Below are positions 25,695 to 38,794 of a stretch of 64,000 nt of DNA, piece after piece. The notes under the pieces are model-generated. The model had not been told where the DNA came from. It worked only from the letters and a program-made list of their open reading frames with translations, and did not search any database. The stretch is from Pristiophorus japonicus. Lineage: Eukaryota. Where the stretch lies: contig NC_091998.1 of the NCBI RefSeq assembly GCF_044704955.1, positions 41,726,001 to 41,790,000 on the forward strand, given 5' to 3'. The position numbers and the translations under genes are program-made. Position 1 is the stretch's first letter; the number at the start of each line of letters is the position of its first letter.

Positions 25695-27550
25695 TAGAAA
25701 CATAAAAACATAGAAAATAGGTGCAGGAGTAGGCCATTCGGCTCTTCTAGCCTGCACCGCCATTCAATGAGTTCATGGCTGAACATGCAACTTCAGTACC
25801 CCATTCCTGCTTTCTCACCATACCCCTTGATCCCCTTAGGAGTAAGGACGACATCTAACTCTTTTTTGAATATATTTAGTGAATTGGCCTCAACAACTTT
25901 CTGTGGTAGAGAATTCCACAGGTTCACCACTCTCTGGGTGAAGAAGTTCCTCCTCATCTCAGTCCTAAATGGCTTACCCCTTATCCTTAGACTGTGACCC
26001 CTGGTTCTGGACTTCCCCAACATTGGGAACATTCTTCCTGCATCTAACCTGTCTAAACCCATCAGAATTTTAAACGTTTCTATGAGGTCCCCTCTCATTC
26101 TTCTGAACTCCAGTGAATACAAGCCCAGTTGATCCAGTCTTTCTTGATAGGTCAGTCCTGCCATCCCGGGAATCAGTCTGGTGAACCTTCGCTGCACTCC
26201 CTCAATAGCAAGAATGTCCTTCCTCAAGTTAGGAGACCAAAACCAAAACAATACTCCAGGTGTGGCCTCACCAAGGCCCTGTACAACTGTAGCAACACCT
26301 CCCTGCCCCTGTACTCAAATCCCTCGCTATGAAGGCCAACATGCCATTTGCTTTCTTAACCGCCTGCTGTACCTGCATGCCAACCTTCAATGACTGATGT
26401 ACCATGACACACAGGTCTCGTTGCACCTCCCCTTTTCCTAATCTGTCACCATTCAGATAATAGTCTGTCTCTCTGTTTTTACCACCAAAGTGGATAACCT
26501 CACATTTATCCACATTATACTTCATCTGCCATGCATTTGCCCACTCACCTAACCTATCCGAGTCGCTCTGCAGCCTCATAGCATCCTCCTCGCAGCTCAC
26601 ACTGCCACCTAACTTAGTGTCAGCCGCAAATTTGGAGATACTACATTTAATCCCCTTGTCTAAATCATTAATGTACAGTGTAAACAGCTGGGACCCCAGC
26701 ACAGAACCTTGCGGTACCCCACTAGTCACTGCCTGCCATTCTGAAAAGTACCCATTTACTCTTACTCTTTGCTTCCTGTCTGACAACCAGTTCTCAATCC
26801 ATGTCAGCACACTACCCCCAATCCCATGTGCTTTAACTTTGCACATTAATCTTCTGTGTGGGACCTTGTCGAAAGCCTTCTGAAAGTCCAAATATACCAC
26901 ATCAACTGGTTCTCCCTTGTCCACTGGAAACATCCTCAAAAAATTCCAGAAGATTTGTCAAACATGATTTCCCTTTCACAAATCCATGCTGACTTGGACC
27001 TATCATGTCACCTCTTTCCAAATGCGCTGCTATGACATCCTTAATAATTGATTCCATCATCTTACCCATGACCGATGTCAGGCTTACCGGTCTATAATTC
27101 CCTGTTTTCTCTCTCCCTCCTTTTTTAAAAAGTGGGGTTACATTGGCTACCCTCCACTCGATAGGAACTGATCCAGAGTCAATGGAATGTTGGAAAATGA
27201 CTGTCAATGCATCCACTATTTCCAAGGCCACCTCCTTAAGTACTCTGGGATGCAGTCCATCAGGCCCTGGGGATTTATCGGCCTGCAATCCCATTAATTT
27301 CCCCAACACAATTTCCCGACTAATAAGGATTTCCCTCAGTTCCTCCTCCTTACTAGACACTCTGACCCCTCTTATATCCGGAAGGTTGTTAGTGTCCTCC
27401 TTAGTGAATACCGAACCAAAGTACTTGTTCAATTGGTCCGCCATTTCTTTGTTCCCCATTATGACTTCCCCTGATTCTGACTGCAGGGGATCTACGTTTA
27501 TCTTTACTAACCTTTTTCTCTTTACATATCTATAGAAATTTTTGCAATCC
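25695..27550 (-). mobile_element. CR1 subfamily A, 3' part of ORF2 (RT; frameshifted)
   Basis: ORFs 26902..27612, 26268..26939 and 25793..26251: YLDFQKAFD, GVPQGSVLG, FAADTKL (degenerate FADD). Nearly identical to 56470-58332. Confidence 0.95.
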
Positions 27551-29972
27551 ATAAGAACATAAGAATTAGGAACAGGAGTAGGCCATCTAGCCCCTCGAGC
27601 CTGCTCCGCCATTCAATAAGATCATGGCTGATCTGGTCGTGGACTCAGCTCCACTTACCCGCCCGCTCCCCGTAACCCTTAATTCCCTTTTTGCTGAAAA
27701 ATCTATCTATCTTTGACTTGAAAACATTCAATGAGCCAGCCTCAACTGCTTCCTTGGGCAGAGAATTCCACAGATTCACAACCCTCTGGGAGAAGAAATT
27801 CTTTCTCAACTCGGTTTTAAATTGGCTCCTCCGTATTTTGAGGCTGTGCCCCCTAGTTCTAGTCTCCCCCACCAATGGAAATAACCTCTCTGCCTCTATC
27901 TTGTCTATCCCTTTCATGATTTTAAATGTTTCTATAAGATCACCCCTCATCCTTCTGAACTCCAAGGAGTAAAGACCCAGTCTACTCAATCTATCATCAT
28001 AAGGTAACCCCCTCATTTCTCGAATCAGCCTAGTGAATCGTCTCTGTACCCCTTCCAAAGCTAGTATATCCTTCCTTAAGTAAGGTGACCAAAACTGCAC
28101 GCAGTACTCCAGGTGCGGCCTTACCAATACCTTATACAGTTGCAGCAACACCTCCCTGCTTTTGTACTCCATCCCTTTCGCAATGAAGGCCAACATTCCA
28201 TTTGCCTTCCTGATTACCTGCTGTACCTGCAAACTAACTTTTTGGGATTCATGCACAAGGACCCCCAGGTCCCTCTGCACCACAGCATGTTGCAATTTCT
28301 CCCCATTCAAATAATATTCCCTTTTACTGTTTTTTTTTCCCCCAAGGTGGATGACCTCACACTTTCCGACATTGTATTCCATCTGCCAAACCTTAGCCCA
28401 TTCGCTTAACCTATCCAAATCTCCTTGCAGCCTCTCTGAGTCCTCTACACAACCCGCTTTCCCACTAATCTTAGTGTCATCTGCAAATTTTGTTGCACTA
28501 CACTCTGTCCCCTCTTCTAGGTCATCTATGTATATTGTAAACAGTTGTGGTCCCAGTACTGATCCCTGTGGCACACCACTAACCACTGATTTCCAACCGG
28601 AAAAGGACCCATTTATCCCGACTCTCTGCTTTCTGTTCGCCAGCCAATTCTCTATCCATGCTAATACATTTCCTCTGACTCTGCGTACCTTTATCTTCTG
28701 CAGTAAACTTTTGTGTGGCACCTTATCGAATGCCTTTTGGAAATCTAAATACACCACATCCATCGGTACACCTCTATCCACCATGCTCGTTATATCCTCA
28801 AAGAATTCCAGTAAGTTAGTTAAACATGATTTCCCTTTCATGAATCCATGCTGCGTCTGCTTGATTGCACTATTCCTATCTAGATGTCCCCCTATTTCTT
28901 CCTTAATGATAGTTTCAAGCATTTTCCCCACTACAGATGTTAAACTAACCAGCCTATAGTTACCTGCCTTTTGCCTGCCCCCTTTTTTAAACAGAGGCGT
29001 TACATTAGCTGCTCTCCAATCCTCCCCAGAGTCCAGAGAATTTTGGTAGATTCTAACAAATGCATCTGCTATAACTTCCGCCATCTCTTTTAATACCCTG
29101 GGATGCATTTCATCAGGAACAGGGGACTTGTCTACCTTCAGTCCCATTAGTCTGTCCAGCACTACCTCCCTAGTGATAGTGATCATCTCAAGGTCCTCCC
29201 TTCCCACATTCCTATGACCAGCAATTTTTGGCATGGTTTTTGTGTCTTCCACTGTGAAGACGGAAGCAAAATAATTGTTTAAGGTCTCAGCCATTTCCAC
29301 ATTTCCCATTATTAAATCCCCCTTTTCATCTTCTAAGGGACCAACATTTACTTTAGTCACTCTTTTCCGTTTTATATATCTGTAAAAGCTTTTACTATCT
29401 GTTTTTATGTTTTGCGCAAGTTTACCTTCGTAATCTATCTTCCCTTTCTTTATTGCTTTTTTAGTCATTCTTTGCTGTTGCTTAAAATCTTCCCAATCCT
29501 CTAGTTTTCCACTAACCTTGGCCACCTTATACGCATTGGTCTTTGATTTGATACTTTCCTTTATTTCCTTGGTTATCCACGGCTGGTTATCTCTTCTCTT
29601 GCCGCCCTTCTTTTTCACTGGAATATATTTTTGTTGCGCATTATGAAAGAGCTCCTTAAAAGTCCTCCACTGTTCCTCAATTGTGCCACCGTTTAGTCCT
29701 TGTTTCCAGTCTACTTTAGCCAACTCTGCCCTCATCCCACTGTAGTCCCTTTGTTTAAGCATAGTACGCTCGTTTCTGACACAACTTCCTCATCCTCAAT
29801 CTGTATTACAAATTCAACCATATTGTGATCACTCATTCCGAGAGGATCTTTTACGAGGAGATCGTTTATTTTTCCTGTCTCGTTACACAGGACCAGATCC
29901 AAAATGGCTTTCTCCCTTGTCGGCTCTGTTACATACTGTTCTAAGAAACAATCCCGTATGCATTCTATGAAT
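27551..29972 (-). mobile_element. CR1 subfamily B, 5'-truncated, with an open 705-aa RT ORF, nested in subfamily A
   Basis: ORF 27645..29762 with YLDFQKAFD, PQGSVLGP and FADDTK; own 3' UTR and ttcttatgttcttat tail. Confidence 0.95.
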
Positions 29973-31415
29973 TCCGTCTTAATGTTCCCTGCAAGCTTCT
30001 TCTCGTACTCCATTTTCCCTGCCCAAATCAAACCCTTTGTCCTCCTCTGCTGAGTTCTAAATTTCTCCCAGTCTCCGGGTTCACTGCTATTTCTGGCCAA
30101 TTTGTATGCCACTTCCTTGGCTTTAATACTATCCCTGATTTCCCTCGATAGCCACGGTTGATCCACCTTCCCTTTTTTATTTTTACGACAGACAGGAATG
30201 TACAATTGTTGTAGTTCATCCATGCGGTCTCTAAATGTCTGCCATTGCCCATCCACAGTCAACCCCTTAAGTATCATTCACCAATCAATCCTAGCTAATT
30301 CACGCCTCATACCTTTAAAGTTAGCCTTCTTTAAGTTCTGGACCATGGTCTCTGAATTAACTGTTTCATTCTCCATCCTAATGCAGAATTCCACCATATT
30401 ATGGTCACTCTTCCCCAAGGGGCCTCGCACAATGGTATTGCTAATTAATCCTCTCTCATTACACAACACTCAGTCTAAGATGGCCTCCCCCCTAGTTGGT
30501 TCCTTGACATATTGGTCTAGAAAACCATCCCTTATGCACTCTAGGAAATCTTCCTCCACCTTATTGCTTCCAGTTTGGTTAGCCCAATCTATGTGCATAT
30601 TAAAGTCACCCATTATAACTGCTGCACCCTTATTGCATGCAACCCTAATTTCCTGTTTGATGCCCTCCCCAACATTACTACTTCTGTTTGGAGGTCTGTA
30701 CACAACTCCCACTAACGTTTTTTGCCCTTTGGTGTTCTGCAGTTCTACCCATATAGATTCCACATCATCCAAGCTAATGTCCATTCTAACTATTGCATTA
30801 ATCTCTTCTTTAACCAGCAATGCTACCCCACCTCCTTTTCCTTTTATTCTATCCTTCCTGAATGTTGAATACCCCTGGATGTTGAGTTCCCAGCCCTGAT
30901 CATCCTGGAGTCACGTCTCCGTAATCCCAATCACATCATATTTGTTAACATCTATTTGCACAGTTAATTCATCCACCTTATTACGGATACTCCTTGCATT
31001 AAGACACAAAGCCTTCAGGCTTGTTTTTTTAACACCCTTTTTCCTTTTAGAATTTTGCTGTACAGTGGCCCTTTTTGTTTTTTGTCTTGGGTTTCTCTGC
31101 CCTCCACTTTTCCTCATCTCGTTTCTGTCTTTTGTTTTTGTCTCCTTTTTGTTTCCCTCTGTCTCCCTGCATTGATTCCCATCCCCCCTGCCATATTAGT
31201 TTAACTCCTCCCCAACAGCACTAGCAAACACTCCCCCTAGGACATTGGTTCCGGTCCTGCCCAGGTGCAGACCGTCCACTTTGTACTGGTCCCACCTCCC
31301 CCAGAACCAGTTCCAATGCCCCAGGAATTTGAATCCCTCCCTGCTGCACCATTGCTCAAGCCATATATTTATCTGCGCGATTCTGCGATTCCTACTCTGA
31401 CTAGCATGTAGCACT
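29973..31415 (-). mobile_element. CR1 subfamily A, 5' part (ORF1 end plus APE endonuclease; stops)
   Basis: CLNARSI, GITET, YRPP, MGDFN and SDHN motifs; ORF1 end ...DGLHLGRTGTNVL (31196..31468). Confidence 0.92.
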
Positions 31416-31724
31416 AGGTTGGCCAGGAAGTGTGTGAGAAGGGGGCTGGGGGCAACCGACTCCTTCAATATTTGCCCTCCCTCTGAACTTTCTGCTACTG
31501 CTCCACCCTAGTGCTGTCATGGGAGCACTGGCACCTCGAGGGCTGCAGCGGTTCAGAGACAGGGCGCCCATTACCCTCTTCTGAGGACACCTGGGGACTG
31601 GCCTTGCCAGCGACGCCCACAACCCGAGATCTCATTTGTTTTAAAGCCGGTTGTTACAAACTAATCTTAATGGGAACAGGGGAGAAAAATCAGACAAAAT
31701 AAGGATCGTTGTCACAAAGAAAAT

Positions 31725-32215
31725 CACAGAATCATAGAAATGTACGGCACAGAAAGGGGCCATTTCGGTCCATCATGTCCACGCTGGATGAAAAACAGCT
31801 CTCCAGCCAAACCCCACTTTCCAGCTCTCGGTCCGTAGCCCTGTAGGTTACGGCACTTCAGGTGCACGTCCAAGTACTTTTTAAATGTGGTGAGGGTTTC
31901 TGCCTCTACCACCCTTTCAGGCAGTGAGTTCCAGACCCCACCACACTGTGGGTGAAAATAGTTCTCAAGTCCCCTCCAATCCTTCTATCAATTACTGTAA
32001 ATCTATGCCCCCTGGTTGTTGACCCCTCTGCTGAGGGAAATAGGTCCTTCCTATCCACTCTATCTCGGCCCTCATCATTTTATGCACCTCTATTAAATCT
32101 CCCTTCAGCCTCCTCTGTCCCAAAGAAAACAACCCCAGCCTATTCAAACTTTCCTCATAGCTAAAATTCTCCAGTCCTGACTACATCCTCGTTAATCTCC
32201 TCTGTACCCTCTCCA
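31725..32215 (-). mobile_element. CR1 3' fragment
   Basis: VEAETLTTFKKYLD and 3' UTR. Confidence 0.8.
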
Positions 32216-32397
32216 GTCTGCAGCGACTCGCCATTAGCATGAATATGCCAGCTGATTGACGCCGTGATACAATTTGGTGGAATTTGCGTTGATATAACAG
32301 GAGATAGTGCATCATCGGGGTATTGCGCCTTGGAATTCATGGCTTGTACGAATGTCATGTCATGTCACACCCATTGCTGTGGGGCATTGCTCTACTG

Positions 32398-33300
32398 CAC
32401 CCCCCACCCCACCCCAACACACACACAACCTCCCTACACCCCCCCCCACACACACACAACCCCCCCATACCCCTCCCCATACACACACACAACCCCCCTA
32501 TACCCCTCTCCATACACACACACAACCCCCCTATACCCCTCCCCATATACACACACAACCCCCCTATACCCCTCCCCATACACACACACAACCCCCCTAT
32601 ACCCCTCCCCATACACACACACAACCCCCCATACCCCTCCCCATACACACACAGAACCCCCCTATACCCCTCCCCATATACACACACAACCCCCTATACC
32701 CCTCCCCATACACACACAACCCCCCTACACACACACACACACACACACATAACCCCCCCATACCCGTCCCCATACACACACACAACCCCCCTATACCCTC
32801 CCCATACACACACAACCCCCCTACACACACACACACACACATAATCCCCCCATACCCGTCCCCATACACACACACAACCCCCCCTATCCCCCCCCACACA
32901 CACACACATAACCCCCCCATACCCCTCCCCATACACACACACAACCCCCCTACACCCCCCCCACACACACACACACATAACCCCCCCTATACCCTTCCAC
33001 ATACACACACAATCCCCCTACACAACCCCCCCCCACACACAGATACAACCCCCCTATACCCCTCCCCATACACACACCCCCACACACACACACACACCAC
33101 CCCCCCCCACACACACACAGATACAACCCCCCTATACCCCTCCCCATACACACCCCCCCACACACACACACACCACCCCCCCCCCCCACACACACCACAC
33201 ACACACACAACCCACCTACATCCCTCCCCATACACCGCCCCCCCCCCACACACACACACACACACAACCCTCCTATATCCCTCCCCCCACACACACACCC
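32398..33300. repeat. C/A-rich degenerate minisatellite (about 31-bp unit acacacacacaacccccctatacccctccccat)
   Basis: Direct repetition; the plus strand is almost free of G. Confidence 0.95.
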
Positions 33301-34340
33301 TGACAATGCAGTCAGAGTTTCTGCAGCTGGACAGATTGGTGTGTGTCCCAAATTGAAACCTTGCAGCACTGCACGCATATCACGTTTTATAACCTCAGAA
33401 CCATCGCAAGCCTCAAAATGCGTTTTTTTGGGGAGGGGGTCAACCCAGCCAATACTTAACAATCCTGGCTTCAAAGATCTTAAGTTGCAACGTTTACTGT
33501 TGGCTGGCAACTGGGACGCGGCAGCGTGAGTGCATTTTTGCACCAAAAGTTCAGCAACACACACCCCTCCCCCAAAAAAAGAGGGGTTGGGGGGGGGGGA
33601 AAGGGCTCGAATAAATGGTGCAAAAAATGCAGAATCCAGCAAAATGCATGAACTAAATCCAGCCCTTGCAACTTTTACACCTCTGCTTGCTTTTGTCCAA
33701 GGAGACTCGTCGAACCAAAACGCTGCGCCTTGCCAAAATGCAATTGTCACACACACACACACACACACACACACTTGTACAGGAGTAAAACGAGCAATAT
33801 ATTTCGCAAACTCACCCAGATCAGAAAGAGAAATCACTGGGTTTCAGCTCCCCTCTCAGCAGCCTTGGCACAGGGGACGTGTCTGCTCCGAATGTGGAGA
33901 TGAAAGTCTTGCAACAACCCCCCAAAAAAAATTCCAACCTTCTCAACCTTAAACACGGCAGATTAATTTGTGATCAAAAGAATGCTCTCTCTCTCTCTGT
34001 GGCTGTCTCGCTTTTTCCGGGTGAAATTATATGAAGACACAACTAGTCACCAAAGTAATATACACCCAGCCCGGATATGAACGTGAGCTGTAACTGGGGA
34101 CTGCTAACTGTAAGATCAGACCTTTTTTTTTCTAATGTGGGGGCACTGATCAGATTATATCAGCCACAAAACTTAGAGAAAAAAAATGTATTTGAAGAGT
34201 TTAGCCGAGTTTCAGTGCAGCTGGGAGAGAGAGAGAGAGACAGGAGGAGTGTCACTGCATGCAAATATCTTGCAGAGTTTGAAAGGGCTGAACTTATTGG
34301 TGGGTGCGGTTTAGTAACAGATAAAGACATTTTTCTCTGA
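33300..34340. promoter_or_regulatory. Candidate promoter / first-exon region (possibly bidirectional)
   Basis: About 1 kb free of mobile elements; strong minus-strand donor TCTGG|gtgagt at 33816; plus-strand donor CAGC|gtgagt at 33525; ATTGG (CCAAT) boxes near 33335 and 34297. Confidence 0.3.
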
Positions 34341-34616
34341 CTTCCCCATTTTTGAGAGCCTGTGCAATCTTTTGCAAAAAGCCTTTTTTTTTGCTACGCC
34401 TTATTTATCCTTCCTCTAGAAGTTTGGGGATTGACTAGGACTCAGTGATTAGTTGGGGCACCAGGAAAGCCCCTGTTATCGCGGGAGCTTTTTATATCGA
34501 CCCCTCGCTCTCTGACCCGTCCACAGGGGCATTGTTTCGGGGGAAGTTAAAAAAAAACCTGGAAACCCAACTGTACACATTGCAGCTGCACCAACCTCGA
34601 CCCCCCTGGGGAAATT

Positions 34617-35420
34617 GTATGTGGCTCAGTGTATTTCGCTTCTGAGGCAGAAGGTTGTGGGTTCAAGTCCCAGTCCAAGTCTCACTCTAGGGACTTGAGC
34701 ACATAAATCTAAGCTGACACTTCAGTGCAGTGCTGAGGGAGTGCTGCACTGTCGGAGGTGCTGTCTTTCGGATGAGACATTACCCTGAGGGCCTATCTGC
34801 CCTCTCAGGTGGACGTAAAAGATCCCATGGCACTATTTGGAAGAAGAGCAGCAGAGTTTATCCCCGGTAGAAGGAAGTTACCGGGGGCCAAGGAGAGGCG
34901 TGAGTCTGGGGCCCAGAAGAGGCAAGGGCCCAGGGGCAGGACGGGCTAGCCCCGTAGCAGAGCTGGTCTCCAGTCGTCTGGGGTGATCCTTGCACTGGAC
35001 CAAGACCTAAAGCCCGTGTGGTGGCTGGTGTGCAACGGCCACCACACGTTAAAAAAATCCACGCACAGGCATCTTCCACCCTCCAAGATGTAGTTCGGGA
35101 CCTGGAATATTAGGTCCTTCATTGAAGCACCTGTGAACTCATCCCTTTTTGGCATAGAAGCAAGTCATCCTCGCTTCGAGGGACCGCCTATGATGATATC
35201 CCCGTTCCGTCCTGGGCCCGAAATTCATCCTCAATCAACATAACAAAAACAGATTATCTGGTCTTTACACATTGCTGTTTGTGGGAGCTTGCTGTGCACA
35301 AATTGGCTACTGCGTTTCCCACATTACAACAGTGACTACACTCCAAAAGTACTTCATTGGCTGGAATGTGTTTTGGGACGTCCTGATGTGAAAGGTGTGA
35401 TATCAGTGCAAGTCCTTTTT
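34617..35420 (+). mobile_element. DeuSINE-type SINE interrupted by an RTE-tailed element (34869-35196)
   Basis: SINE halves flank the insert; near-perfect target-site duplication tatccccggt (34859-68) / tatccccgtt (35197-206). Confidence 0.85.
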
Positions 35421-35842
35421 TCAGTCAATGATGGTAACAAATTTTTTTTTAATTCTTCCCCCCCCCCCCACCAAAAAATGCAGGCATACAGTGCAGGAAA
35501 TATTAGCAGACATTTCACTAATGCAAATGCTTATTTTATCTGTTAATGTAACTACAGGTGCAGCTAGTCTTCGCTCATGCTCAATCCAAACAGTTTCCCA
35601 AAGCAAAAGTATTACAAGTGAATATCTGGCAAAATTTGGGAAATTCATCATTTGTATGTTTTTGCATGAACTTTTTGGCGGGCTTTAATGCAACCGTGGC
35701 TCGAGGTGCACCCAAACACCACTGCATCTGAAGTGCAACCAGCTGGCAAATGGTAGGCCGAAGGAGTCGTGCATGAAATAATGCCCGAGCTTTGCTTCTT
35801 GGCCTCCCCCAATATGTTGAATCATTGAGTATATGAAAAACA

Positions 35843-36300
35843 TACTTGCATTTATATAGCGCCTTTTACAACCTGCAGACGGCTCAAAGCACTTTACAGC
35901 CAATGAAGTACTTTTGGAGTGTAGTCACTGTTGTAATGTGGGAAACGGAGCAGCCAATTTGCGCACAGCAAGCTCCCACAAACAGCAATATGATAATGAC
36001 CAGATAATCTGTTTTTGTGATGGTGATTGAGGGATAAATATTGACCAGGACTCCGGGGATAACTCCCCTGCTCTTCTTCAAAATAGTGCCATAGGATCTT
36101 TTACATCCACCTGAGAGAGCAGACGGGGCCTCGGTTTAACGTCTCATCCGAAAGACGACACCTCCGACAGTGCAGCACTCCCTCAGCACTGCACTGGAGT
36201 GTCAGCCTAGATTTCTGTGCTCAAGTCCCTGAAATGGGATTTGAACCCACAACCTTCTGACTCAGTGGCGAGTGTGCTACCCACTGAGCCAGAGCTGACA
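35843..36300 (-). mobile_element. DeuSINE-type SINE, full length
   Basis: Complete head-core-tail in reverse complement. Confidence 0.9.
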
Positions 36301-37361
36301 CGCAAACCTGAGACCGACAGATTTTTGGACTCTAAGGGAATTAAGGAATGTGGGGATCGGGCAGGAAAGCGGAGTTGAGGTCGAAGATCGGCCATGATCT
36401 TACTGAATGGCGGAGCAGGCTCGAGGGGTCGTATGGCCTACTCCTGCTCCTAATTCTTGTGTTCTCATGCCTCCCCCTGTACCTGTTCTGTTCCCGTGCA
36501 ATTGGTGCAGTTCCACAGTAGACATGGCCCGTGTTATATGGGAGTGCGGGCGCCAATGTACACACTAAGATTATGATCTGTACAACGTGTGTGTAAATGT
36601 TCGTTCACTGTTCATGATATGTGTAGATGTGTGTACCCTTTGGGCGTGTGAGTGTGCTGGGTGTATCTGCTACATGTATTCTGTGTAAGTGTGCTGAGAT
36701 TGCGGTGAGTCTACTGCAACCGGTGTGGACTATGTATATACTTCAGGTCTGTGTCCCTGTGTGCTAAACATGTATATAAGCTGTTTGTGACATTATATGT
36801 GGGCCGTTTGTGTGTATACGTTAAGTTGTGTGCGCCCACGTGTGAATCATAGGCGTGCACGTGTAAATATCTGTGCTCACACTCAGTTTCCAATAAAGTC
36901 TAATATGTAACATTTTTTAGTCGATGACTCCTCGACTTGTTGTAAACAGCCAGCAATTCAATTTAGATTTTATTTTCAAAACGTGGGTTATTCTGGAGAG
37001 AGTACTTTGAGGTGTGTAACACTAGAGCGACGTACTTGTGGTGACAAGTCTGTCACTGGTGTGAGCAATGCACGGCTTTGAATTAAGGCTGTCACATCAA
37101 AGTGCATCAAAGTGTAAGTTTTCCACAACATTTTGGTCCCAGTCTGCTAAATAAGCTTAGCAACAACACTGCATCTATGTCTATGCATGATGCATGCATG
37201 TGCGTGTGCACGTACTAAGCATGTATCTACCATGGAGGTATTGTTTCTGTTCACATGGGTGTGCTATTATGTATTGTTGATATATTTGCATGCAAGTATC
37301 TGTCGGGCAAGCTGTCACTGTATGTTCCCATCAAAAGTGCCCCACATTTCCTCTATTCAAT

Positions 37362-37825
37362 GTCAGCTGTGTCTCAGTGGGTAGCACCCTCTCGCCTCTG
37401 AGTCAGAAGGTTGTGGGTTCCAGTCTCACTCCAGGAACTTGAGTGCATAAATCTAGGCTGACACTCCCAGTGCATTGCTGAGGGAGTGCCGCACTGTCGG
37501 AGGTGCCATCTTTTGGATGAGATGTTAAACCGAGGCACCGCCTGCCCTCTAAGGTGGATGTAAAAGATCCCGCTGCACTATTTTGAAGAGCAGGGAGTTA
37601 TATCCGGTGTCCTGGGGCCAATATTTATCCCTCAATCAACATAACAAAAACAGATGATCTGGTCATTATCACATCGCTGTTTGTGGGAGCTTGCTGTGCG
37701 CAAATTGGCTGCTGCGTTTCCCACATTACAACAATGACTACACTCCAAAAGTACTTCATTGGCTGTAAAGCGCTTTGGGACGTCTGGTGGTCATGAAAGG
37801 CGCTATATAAATGCAAGTCTTTCTC
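37362..37825 (+). mobile_element. DeuSINE-type SINE, full length
   Basis: gtcagctgtgtctcagtggg ... ggcgctatataaatgcaagtctttc. Confidence 0.9.
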
Positions 37826-38338
37826 TTCTTTTAAGTCTTTCTTTCCAGTCTGTTATGTTCTTTCTCTCTACTGAAATAGATTCAAATAGCACAGATGGTT
37901 TCAGATTGCTATGGTTACAATAAAGGTAGGCATTGTGCCCTTGCAGAAACGCTGGTGTGATCATATACACTGCAATCATTCTGTTCAAAAGTCTTGCTTT
38001 CTGCAAATCAGAAGGGCGAAGAACACACTACGCACTTTTAATCTGCGCTAAAACGGTGGAGTGACATGTGATCCAAATTTAATACATTCGGACAATAATT
38101 CCTCAGTGAGAACCTGATAACATGAAGTCCTCTATCCTTCGGCACTTTTCAACAGGCTCGTTAACTTGGGAACTTTCTGTGTCCGACAGCCCAAAGGGTT
38201 TCTTTGATGTCAATGCACTGTTTCTGTGGGTAGCCTCCAGACTTGACGTTGGGATATTGGGGCCTGCCTACTCCCGGAGGGGAGTGTATGGCGGGCGAGC
38301 CTACCGCCTCTTCCCTGGTTTGAGGTCGGTGTAGTTTC

Positions 38339-38628
38339 ATGATCAGGTGCATTTTCGTCAAGGCAAGCCGAAACCTCTCCTCCCCCACGACCCAAGCTAC
38401 TTGTGGTTACAAGTGGCAGCGAGCGTTTGCAGGCGTGAGCTCATGTGAGAAAGCCCGCGCTTTGGTCTCCTCCGTGTCTGACGTCAATGTCTTTTCAAGA
38501 TCAGACGATAAAAGGTGTCTCTTCAGCAAGGCAACCCAATTATTCTACTCCCCCGAGATCCAATGTACTGAGCTACCCGAACTTAGAAGTGGCAAAACGC
38601 ACTGGGATGCAATTGCAGATGAGTTCAG
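38339..38628 (+). CDS. Coding exon 1 of the reconstructed 279-aa protein (presequence-like N-terminus)
   Basis: MIRCIFVKASRNLSSPTTQATCGYKWQRAFAGVSS...HWDAIADEF; donor TTCAG|gtagca, phase 2. The exon probably begins at acceptor cttttcaacag| 38156. The start codon is less certain than the 3' boundary. Confidence 0.7.
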
Positions 38629-38794
38629 GTAGCAGACACTACGTCTGATTCACAGTCACCTTCATAGCTTCCTGTTCAGTTCGCGCACAATCTATATTTG
38701 TGAATATAAATCCAAATCCAAGTCCACCCTTTGACAATGCTGCATCTGTTTGGCTTCCTTCAACCATTTCACACTTGGTCAAGGATGACCTCGT

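Noticed and set aside
30198-30899. Antisense ORFs over CR1 (also 28351..28959 and 55556..55975)
   Set aside because: Shadow ORFs of CR1 ORF2.
32264-33837. P/H/T-rich and G/V/C-rich ORFs up to 349 aa
   Set aside because: Artefacts of the C/A-rich minisatellite.
38321-38323. In-frame UGA as selenocysteine
   Set aside because: No redox motif, lies ahead of a presequence-like segment, and I could not identify a SECIS element by eye.
38122-38334. 70-aa ORF directly upstream of the reconstructed CDS
   Set aside because: Different frame; joining would need a 22-nt intron, and its ATG lies upstream of the likely acceptor. Treated as 5' UTR.
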